A stretch of 64,000 bases of DNA from a virus. A program made the translations under genes and the position numbers. The notes under the pieces are model-generated. The model did not search any database, was not told the origin of the DNA, and saw only the letters and a program-made list of their open reading frames with translations. The DNA is taken from positions 41,754 through 105,753 of the IMG/VR virus record IMGVR_UViG_3300023179_000042, one strand, 5' to 3'. This document shows, in pieces, positions 19,284-31,200 of this stretch (the stretch's first letter is position 1; every line of letters starts with the position of its first letter).

Positions 19284-22200
19284 ATGGCAAAAAATATAAA
19301 ATCGGTAAATTTACTTCCTGAAACACACAGAACAGATAAAAATTCTAGATTTTTATCTAGTACCGTTGATCAACTTATACAAAAACCCGAACTAGAAAGA
19401 ATAAATGGCTTTATTGGAACAAAAGACACACCGACCTACAATTCTTCTAATGACATTTATATTAGCGAAAGTACTCAAATCAGGCAGAATTATAATCTCG
19501 AGCCTGCCCTGGTAACATATAGTACTGCCGGTTCAGTGGTCAATGTTGTCGCCATAGATGATTTAACCAACGAAATAAATTTTAGAGGCGGTATCACAGA
19601 TAATTTTGATAGGATTTATAAGCCAAAATACTATGCTTACGATCCATTTGTTGACTGGGATAAGTTAGTAAATTTCCAAGAATATTTTTGGTTAGTTACC
19701 GGTCCCCAGACAATAGAAATAACCGGCAGACCTAAAAATACAACTAGCACATATACTGTTGAAGTTGAAAACAGTCAGTTTGTTTTTACACCTTCTGGCA
19801 TGTCCGACTCAATTTTGACACTATATCGAGGTAATACCTATAATTTTGAAAACCTAACCGAACAAAATTTTTATGTAAAATTTACAGCCTCGCCTGGTAA
19901 TACTGATTTATATCCAGTAAATGTGGTATCAAATGGAACCTCGACTGGAATTGTAAAATTAATTGTTGATGTTAATACTCCGTCTGTGCTGTATTGCGGT
20001 GGCAATGACAAAACATTACTTTGCAAAATTGTTGTTAAAGATTCGAGAGAAGATTCAACGATTGATATTGAAAAAGATATCTTAGGTAAAAAAAGCTATC
20101 TTTCGGGTAACGGAATAGCTCTTTCAAACGGCATGAAAATTAAATTTGGAGGAACGGTATTACCTGAGAAGTACAGAGATAATGAATATATTGTTGAAGG
20201 GGTCGGGGAGTTTATACGATTGGTTGACTATAAGGATCTAATTCCACAGTCGGTAATTGCTTCAAACTTTGATGATAACTTTGATGCCAATCCTTTTGAT
20301 GAGTATCCCTTTGATAATTTTAAAAATTTACCTATTAATCCCGAATATCTCACCATTAATAGAGCCAGTAGGGATTTAAACCCTTGGTCAAGGTATAATA
20401 GATGGTTCCATAAAGATATTATAACAATCAGTGCTGAGTTTAATAACATGGAGCCAGAGTATCCTAGTAATCTGAGAGCTCAACGACCAATTATTGAATT
20501 TAAACCTAATCTTCAACTTTATAACTTTGGAAATATTGCTATTCCAAATGTCGATCTTATTGATTTTGTTACCACTGATCCTCTAGGACAAAGAGAAAAT
20601 ACACGAGGATTGTTTGTTGACGGTCGTCGATTAAACGAAGGTATGACTGTAATTTTTGCAGCTGCCAAAGATGACGATGTAAGAAATAAAGTTTTTAGAG
20701 CAACTTATTTTCAAAGAAGAAAAGCTCGCCGACTGAATTTAGAACCTATCCAAGATGTAATTGAAAATAATTGTGTGAGTATTAATTATGGAACAAGAGC
20801 TGGCGGTAGATGCTACCACTATGATGGATCTAATTGGAAAAGTTCTCAAAATCATACCAGATTAAATCAAGCACCATTGTTTGATCTTTTTGATAAAGAC
20901 GGAAAAAGTTATAGTGATAAAACTTATTACTATTCAAATTTTGCTGGTAACAGAGTTTTTAGTTACAAACGAGGGTCTGGCACCTCTGATTCTGTATTAG
21001 GTTTTCCTTTAAGTTATAGAAATTTAAATGGTGTAGGCAGTTATTTGTTTAGGAATTATTTTATGAATGATTCCTTTACATTATCATCTGGCGAATATGA
21101 TACAACATCTACAAGTTTCTCTACCGCTATTACATTTTTAAAGAAAAATGATGAAAAAGGCGACCAGTTAGTAAATGTTTGGAGAGATAAAGAAGATTAT
21201 CAGATTCCGGTATATCAATTACAATCATATCTATCTGGAACATCTACAGTTGAGATTAATTCAGTAAAGTTAAACAACAATATAAGTTTTGAAATTGAAG
21301 CCTATAACGATGAAAAAATAATTCCAAAGTCTGATTATAATATACTATCATCTGGCACAAACTATACTGTAAATTTTAATAATACTGTTACATCAAATGT
21401 TCTGTTAAAAATTTTTACAGATGCTCCTATTGTAGGCAACGGTTATTATGAAACACCGTTAAATTTAACAAATAATCCTCTTAACGGAAATATTACTGAT
21501 TTAACCTTAAGTGAAATTAGCGATCATGTTGGTACTATGGTTAATAGAGATACTTCATGGTCGGGAATTTTTCCAGGCACAAGTAATCTTCGCGATTTGC
21601 CGGGTATAGCAAAGTACGGAACAAGGTTAATTTCTAATTATAATCCTATTACTTTTGCTCAATTATTTTTAGGTAGTCCGTACTATAGTGTTGAAAGTGC
21701 TATAAAACAAACAGCCAAAGATTACGAAGAGTTTAAAAATAATTTTCTTACATTAGTTGCTACTCATCCTGATCAGAATTCTCCAGTTAGTGCTGTAGAT
21801 ACTATTCTTAAGAGTATGGTTGCCAATATAAGCAAAGGAAGTGCCTATCATAATTCTGATATGATTCCGTTTGGATCTCATAGAGTTAGACAATTCACAG
21901 TGTTAAGCTCAAGAAGAACAGATTATCCAATTTCACTTGATTATAACCCGTCTAAATTGAGTAACCAGGCAGTACTAGTATATATTAATGGAGTTCAGGG
22001 TTGGCTAGGCAGAGATTATATATTCTTAGATGATCAAAATGCCGTACGAATTATTACGCCAATTGTCGCAAACGACACTATTGAAATTAGAGAATATACA
22101 GATACCTCGGGTTGTTATTGTCCACAAACGCCGTCAAAATTAGGTTTATACCCAGCATTCCGCCCAAGAAAATATTTTGATGATTCGTATATTGATAGAC

Positions 22201-25200
22201 CAAGAAATGTTATAATTGGACACGACGGTAGTAAGATGATTGCCTATAATGATTACAGAGATGACATTATTATAGAGCTTGAGAAAAGAATATTCAATAA
22301 TATAAAGTCGAAATATAATCCTGACTTGCTTGATATAAACTCTCTTTTACCAAATGCTTTTAGAAAAACAGAATATAGTTTAAAAGAGATAAATCAGATT
22401 TTACAATCTGACTTTGTTACATGGGCAGGGTTATTTGGGTTAGATTATCAAAATAATAGTTCATTTGATGAAGCAAATCCGTTTACCTACAACTATGTAG
22501 GCACATCAGATACATTAACAAGCACTTCTCTGTCGGGCTTCTGGCGAGGAATTTACAAATATTTTTATGACACCGACCTTCCACATAAATCACCTTGGAG
22601 AATGTTAGGGTTTTATGATAGGCCGGAATGGTGGATAGCAGAATATGGTCCATCTCCCTATACCTCCGGTAATGATATATTATGGCAAGACTTAGAAAAC
22701 GGGTATATCAGAGGAGGCAGTAATCCTGGGTACAATCCGATATATGCCCGCCCAGGCCTAACAAATATTATTCCAGTTGACGAATCTGGTAAACTTATCG
22801 ATCCTTCTGTCTTGTTAATAACAAATTCAACTCCGTATGACAGAAGACAGAATTGGAAATTTGGAGATCACGGTCCAGTTGAAACAGTTTGGAGGAACAG
22901 TAGTTCTTATCCTTATGCTATCCAACGACTGCTATTATTAACCAAGCCGGCTGAATATTGTTCTGTATTTTTTGATGTATCTAGGCTGATTAAAAATGCT
23001 GCAGGCCAATGGGTAAATGCTGATACCAATCGTTTTTTAAATTTAAAAGATGTTGCGTTATTCGGCGAAAACAACACTTTGGCAGCTGGATATAGTGTAT
23101 GGGTAATTGAGCAAGGGTTAAAAAGAAATTCTCAATTTGTATATAGACTAAGAAATAGAATTGATAATTTTACGGTTAATTTATTCCACAAGGTAGGCGG
23201 TTTTGTTGATAAAAATAAACTTAGAATTATTATCGATTCGGTCTCACCATCATCTACAGACCCCGGAGCGATCTTGCCGCAGGAAAATTACCTATTACAT
23301 TTAAATGTAAGTAACCCTGTTGAAGCAGTTGCAGCCAGCGGAATAGTGATTCAAAAACAACAAGATAAATTTATTGTAAAAGGTTATGATAGGTACAGAC
23401 CGTATTTTACAATTTACCAGCCAATAAGGAACTCAAATACCCCTGCCATAACAATTGGTGGTATTAGCGAGAGTTTTGTTGATTGGAATTATAATGATAG
23501 TTCTGGTAGTACCTCTTTAAGCGCAGAAGATCTTACTACGGCCAATACGGCTACTGGAAATAATTTTTATCAACAAGGTCAAATTGTTCGTTACCTCAAT
23601 AAATTTTATAGAGTAAAGGTAAGTCATACCGCTGAAGCAAATTTTAATCCATCTTTTTATGCTGCTATTCCACAGGTACCTATAAAGGGTGGAGCCACAG
23701 TTCAAATCGCTAAATCTTATTCTAAGCAAGAAACACTAATTCCTTATGGAACAATGTTTGATAATATTCAAGATGTGTATGATGTTATTATTGGGTATGG
23801 CCAGTGGTTAGTAGAGCAAGGTTTTATTTTTGATAATTTTAATCAAGAACTTAACACAGTGTTAGACTGGAGATTTTCGGCAAAAGAATTTTTGTATTGG
23901 TCTACTCAAAATTGGGCCCCTAACAGCATTATAACATTGGCACCATTTTCGCCGCAGGTAAAATTTAGAAAGCAAACTGCTGTAACTGATAATTTCCTCA
24001 ATGGGAACTATGATTACACAATATTGACAGCCGATGGATCTTCGTTGCCATCAAAGAACTTATCAGTTAACCGTGATGACGATATTACAATTATAGAACC
24101 TACAAATACAAATAACGGAATATTTTTTATCTATGTTCGACCTGTACAAAAAGAACATGGAATGATTTTTGATAATACAACAATTTTTAATGATATTGTG
24201 TATGACCCCGAAACTGGTTATAGACAAAAGCGAATGAAATTAGTTGGGTTTAGAACCTCTAACTGGAACGGCGACTATTCGAGTCCGGGTTTTGTGTATG
24301 ATAAAGGTGTTGTTAATAGATGGGAACAATTTACATTATATAGATACGGCGATGTTGTAACCTGGAATGGAAAATATTATTCAGCCGCTAATAGTATTTC
24401 AGGATCGTCTAAGTTTAACATAGGCGACGGATGGGTTCTTCTTGATAAAGCCCCAACCCCTGGACTTATTCCTAACTTTGATTATAAAATTTCTCAGTTT
24501 GAAGATTTCTACAGTATTGATATTGACAATTTTGACGCCGGCCAGCAAAAAATGGCTCAACATCTAATAGGCTATACTCCGCGAGTATACTTAGATAATA
24601 TTGTACCAGATGCTATTAGCCAGTATAAATTTTATCAAGGCTATATAAGAGAAAAAGGAACTAGAAATCCTTTAACTAAAATTTCAAAATCAGTTACTAA
24701 TGATCAAACCGGAAGTATCAATTTTGACGAAGAATGGGCATTCAGAGTAGGACAGTATGGATCATATACGACTTTTAGAGAGTTAGAGTTTAGACTGACA
24801 GAAGGGTCGTTTATAGAAAATCCACAAATAATTAACTTTGTTGATACACAACCTACACAGAAGCCAAACGACTTAGTGTATTACATTGATAATAATAAGT
24901 TTGCTATTCAACCTTCTGAGTATAGTTCTAGCAATGTTTTCTTTACTTCGTCGTCAACATTTAAAAATCCGGGATTCAAATATCCTACAGCAGGTTATGT
25001 AAATTTAAATGATATTACCTATACTGCCTATAATGAAAATAGTTTGTTAGATATAGCCAACAACGGATCTATTAAAGACGGTGATGTAATTTGGCTAGGT
25101 TTTAAAACAAATGGAGATTGGGATGTTTTACGATATGAAAATTCTCCGTTTAAAATTATTGGTGTGTTTGTAAATTCTCCAGGAGTTACAATAACATTTA

Positions 25201-28200
25201 CCACAGATTATTTCCATGATTTTAAAGTAGGAGATACGGTTTCTGTTGTAAACTTTAATAATCAGGTTAACGGCATTTATAAAATTATTGATATTCCTCA
25301 GCTTAATCAGTTTACAGTAAATTCTTCTTTAACATACATTAATAATGAACCATTGTTAAGTCCTGGATTGATTTACAGATTTGTAAGCCAACGATTTAAA
25401 AAGTTTGATGATATTCCTGTTGATTCTAAGCTATTAGCCTTGCCGTATGGTAGCAAATTTTGGATAGATGAAAATAATGAAGGTAAGTGGGAAGTCTATA
25501 CAAAAACAAAAAATTATTCGCAAAATTCAGTTATTAGCAGATCTCAACCACTTAATCAACAATTAGGTACAAGTATTGCTAAATCTAAAAATGATTCAAC
25601 ATTATTAGTTGGAGCACCGGGATATCAGTATTATCTTGACAATGGTAGAGTTTTTGTTTATGATAAGATTGGATCAACTTTGACTTTTAAACTTAGCTAT
25701 ACTTTAAACTCAGATAGAATTCAATACCACGACAGTTCGATTAGCCCGGTAACAGAGTTCGGTTATAAGGTTGATTATATACCTGATGAATTTAATAACT
25801 CGGGATATGGACTGTTTATTGTTGGTGCTCCTGCTACCGAAAATGTTTATTACAATACAGTAAGTCCAGGAGCAATATCTTATGCTCATCCAGATAATAC
25901 AAATACTTCAACATGGGGATTAGCGGGTGTTGTTAAGATTAGCAGTGTCGATCCTTTAACACAAAAAGAAAAAGCCGAGGTAGTATTGTCAAATCCGTGG
26001 CCCACTGATCGGGATCGATTTGGTGCTGAAGTTGCTCACTATGGTAATCTATTATTAGTCGGTGCTCCTGGCACAAATTCAACAGGCACCGGTAGAGTAT
26101 TTTCATATAGCATTGATACTACCGGGTATTACACAACCTCGTCGGCGCAAACAGTTATTGGCGTTACAACATCGATGAGTGTAACCTATACGGGCAGGAA
26201 AGAATTACCGGCTGAATATACTGCAGTTGACTCTGATGGTGTTATGTTTGGACATTCTATAAGTATATCCGACGAAGAGTATTTTAAGTATGCGGTTGGC
26301 GGGCCCGGATATAAATCTGAAAATGGACTAGTTGCTATTTTTGGAATGTATTCGCCCTCGGCTAACCAAGTAATTCAGCCGCCAACAAATGTATCGGGTA
26401 CTAAAAAGTTTGGACATAAAGTTGTAATAACACCAACACAACTATTTGTCAGTGCCCCATTACAAAGAAATTCTGATTTATCCTATGGTGCGGTTTACAT
26501 CTACGATTATGATATAGATGCCGGAGCATTTAATACCAGCACCTATCAAATAATTACTAACCCACTTCCTGGATCTAAGTTAAATTTTGGTCAGGATTTA
26601 AGCTATATTGAATCTGATAACTCTATTGTAATTTCTTCTACTGGCGATTTTACACCAAAATTTAATTTAGACAAAGGTAATACTACTTTTGATCAGAAAT
26701 CTACTAAATTTTATAATTCAATTAGAAAAACAGGTACTGCGTATGTATATTCTCGCAAAGACACACGATATGTTCTTGCCGATGAATTAAAAATTGATAA
26801 CTACACTGCCTTTACAGATTTTGGTTATACCGTTCATGCTACTGAAAACGAAATATTTGTTGGGGCCCCTTCATATAGTAGTACTCAGACAAGTAAAGTC
26901 TACGAGTTTAATAAAATTGATACAACAGTTCAAAGTTGGGATCTTTCAACAAAACAAGATGATGTTATTTCTTTAAATGAATTTAGACAAATACATATTT
27001 TTGATACTAAAAAAGATATCATTGTTGATTATCTAGATGTTGTTGATCCGTTAAAGGGTAAAATTCCCGGATTAGCAGACCAAGAAATAAAATATAAAGC
27101 GGCGTTTGACCCTGCTGTGTATTCCATTGGAATAGCTGGCACGGTCGTTGATATCAATACAAATTGGTTAGATGAACATGTAGGTGAATTATGGTGGGAC
27201 CTAAGTACATTAAAATATGTGTGGTACGAGCAAGGCGATCTATCATATAGAAAAAATAACTGGGGTAGACTCTTTCCGGGAGCTACAATTGATGTATATG
27301 AATGGATAGGTACACCTCTGTTGCCTAGCGAGTGGAGCTCACAAGCAGATACCGCTGCCGGTTTAACAAACAATATCAGTGGGCAACCAAAATTTGCCGA
27401 CAATAGTGTTGTTTCTGTAAAACAAATTTATGATTCGGTAACTAATTCGTTTTCTAATTACTACTTCTATTGGGTAAAAAACAAAGTTATTATTCCTAAT
27501 GTAAAAAATAGAAGAATAAGCTCATATCAGGTTGCTAGTTTAATAGCAGATCCAACTGGCTACGGATACAAATATGCTAGTATTATTGCTCCAGATGCGA
27601 TGACATTAGCTAATAGTAATGGATATGCGGTAGATACTCATGTACATTTAAATATTACCTATGATAAGATTGATAATAAAATTCCTAAGCATACTGAGTG
27701 GATTTTATTAAACGAAGGCTCAGAAAATTCAATGCCTCCACGGATGCTTGAAAGAAAGTTGTTTAATAGCTTAATTGGTAAAGATACATTTGGACATACA
27801 GTTCCAGACCCAAGTTTAAACGAGCGAACAAAGTATGGAATTGGAATTAGACCGCAACAAACTCTATTTAAATCAAGGTTAACTGCCTTAAGAAATCTTA
27901 TTGAGTTTTCAAATAATGTTTTAATAAAAGAACAAATAGTTGGAATGAAAGATCTAACTAGACTGTTGTCTCAAGAAGTCCCTCCTGATCAATATAGCGG
28001 ATTATGGGACAAAACTGTTGAGGATCTTGAAGGATTATCTGTAATCAACACAACAAAACTTGTTCAGGCCGAAGTAACTTGTACGGTAGCCGACGGCACA
28101 ATTAGAAGTGTGCAAATAGTTAATTCTGGTTACGGTTATTTGATTGCTCCTATAATAACTGTTATTGCTAACGAGAATGATATTAACACCCGCACAGTAA

Positions 28201-31200
28201 AGATTGAAACAGAAATTGATGAATTTGGAAGGCTTGTATCGACTAATATTGTTGATGGCGGCCGAGGTTTTACAGTTCCTCCTACCTTAACTGTTAGACC
28301 TTTCTCTGTTATTGTAACTTCAGATAGCACCTTTAATGGAAAGTGGACTTTGTTTACTTGGGATAAAGAAGTACAGCAATGGAACAGAATTCGAACACAA
28401 AAATATAATACTCCGTTGTATTGGAATTATATTGACTGGACCAGTTCCGATTTTGATCAGTTTAGAGATATCAGTAAAACTGTTAACGAACTTTTTGAAT
28501 TAAACTATCTTAACCTGCCAAAGAACAGTTATATAAAGATTAATAATCCTGGAGATAATTTACCAATCATTTTAGAGAAGGTAACTCCTTCTAAGTCTAA
28601 TACATTTTCTAATGGATATAATATAGTTTATAAACAAGGCGGAACTATACAATTTAGTAACGGTATATGGGATATCTATAATAATGATCTAGGCTACGAC
28701 AAAAATAATAGTTACGATCAAACATTGTATGATCAAACAATAGAAACAGAATTAAGAAATATCTTAATAGCTCTTAGAGATGACATTTTTGTTGACGAGT
28801 TAAAAGTTTACTGGAATAAATTTTTCTTCACGGCTGTCAAATATGCTATGTCAGAGCAGCCATTATTGGATTGGGCTTTTAAAACATCATTTATAAATGT
28901 TGTCAACAACGCTGGACTTTTAGATCAACGACCTGTTTATAAATTAAACAATTCTGAATATTATGAAAACTTCTTAAAAGAAATTAAGCCGTATAGAAGT
29001 CAAATTAGAACATTTACCAATAAGCATAAAATTTTGGAGCCATCTCAGTCTTTCACAACTGACTTTGATTCTCCTTCTTATTTTAATAGAACTACAAAAC
29101 AATTTGAAACAATTTCTGAAACAGATGCTCTTTCTGATGTTTACCCTTGGAAGGCATGGAAAGATAACAACTCGTTTATTATTGATAGTATTTCTGTAGG
29201 CAATGGCGGACAAAATTATATATTACCTCCTTCGGTGATAATTGAAACAGCACCGGGTGATTTGGGGTCAGGAGCAGCAGCACAGGCATATATAAGCTCT
29301 GGGCAGGTTAATAAAATTGTTGTAACTAATCCCGGTGTTGGATATAAAAAAGCGCCTCTAATAAGATTGGAAGGAGGCGGCTATGCAGATTTGGTTCCTG
29401 CCGTTGCTTATCCAATTATGGCAAATAACAAGGTTAGAACAAACACCATTAAAATTAAATTTGATAGAATTTCCACTCAAAACCAAATTGGTGACGATTT
29501 TGTAGTTGACTCGTTTAATTGCGATGGAACAACATCAATTTTTTATCTTAATTGGTGTGCTCGTTTAGATAGATCGAAAATATCAGTAACTATTGACGGC
29601 GCCTATGTTCTTAGTAGCGAATATATAATTCAAAACTACGAAGAAGAGTTTAATGGTTATACAAAAAAGTATTCTAAGCTTCAGTTTGTTAATCGTATTC
29701 CTGAAATCGGAAAAGTTTTAGTTGTAAAATACGCAAAGAATTTAGAATTGTATAGTGCCGCTGAACGAGTCTTACAATATTATAGTCCAAAATCTGGCAT
29801 GCCTGGAAAAAAACTAGATCAGGTAATGTCGGGTGTAGTTTATCCAAAGACTCAACTTCAAACATTAGGGTTTGATTATACCAGCAAGTGGGATAACCAA
29901 TACGAGATCAATAATGTACCAGTTTATTATTCAGGGTTTGAAACTGCAGCCTATGGCGATGATGTTAGCTATTATACCTTAATTAAAACCTCATCAACTA
30001 CTACAGTTGGATCTAACACATTAACTTTGGCAACAGTTGAGGGTATAGTCGTAGGACAAAATGTTAATATTTCTAATACTCTAACAAATAAATTTAGTAG
30101 CTCAACTGTATTGGTAACCGCAATTAACCAAACAAGCAAAACCGTTACATTGAATACATCGGTAGCGTCTACAGTATTTCCTGGTGACAGTGTAGAGTTC
30201 TGGACACAAACTACAAATTTCACTGCTCTTGATACAATTATCGATAGTGGATATCCTGGATTTACATTAACAAATACCGGCTCGGCTCTACAATATGCGT
30301 TAGGAATAAACCCAGAAGATATAACCATAGACGGGGATGGATTTTTTACACCAGATACAAGTTTTGCCACTGAAGAATTTGTTCCGGGAGAAAGCTCTGA
30401 TAGTATTGGAATAAATGTTTATACTAAATCGGGTGTAGGTGCTCCGCTAATTTATACCGGCAAAATTGATGTACCGAGCAAACGCAATAAGACTGAACTT
30501 TTTGTTCCTTATCCTCCGCCAACGGCTGATTCAATAGTAGTTACTTTTAATACGCAGATATTACAAAGGACCGAGCAATTATTTTTTGCGGCCACACTTG
30601 ATAGTCCTTACTATTACTACGATTTCATCAACAATAAAATTATCATTTATAAGAGAAGTGTTAACGGAGTATTAGGTTACTCAGTAGTTACTGTAGGCGG
30701 TGAGGGAGTTGTCGATCATGGAAGTACAGTAGTTTATAACCAAACTGATGGCCAAGTTGACAGTCTTGCCTATTACGACGACATTAAATTAGCCTATGTC
30801 ACAGTTAACGGTGAAATTATTGGTACTACAAGTACTTCATTCACCAACAAGTACTATGATCTAACTTATTCAAATGAATCTAATAAGCGAGCAAGTGTTC
30901 ATGTTCATAATTTGAATACCAACACTACCAGTACTATACAAGCATGGTTTTTTGACTCTGACGCTGCAACCTTTAATGAAGTTAGATCTCAAACTTTTGT
31001 GTATGACAATGTCAGTACCGCTACAAATATAGAAATTAATAGACCGCCTGGCGTGATAGAGCCATTTGCTCCGCAAGTTATTTTAGAAGTAAGTGTTGAT
31101 AATGGTGTTACATATCGAAGAGTAATGCCCCCATTTACGGCCTACTACAATATTGTTAATACAGCTATTACAACCTATTCTATTAATAATTCTAGAAATT

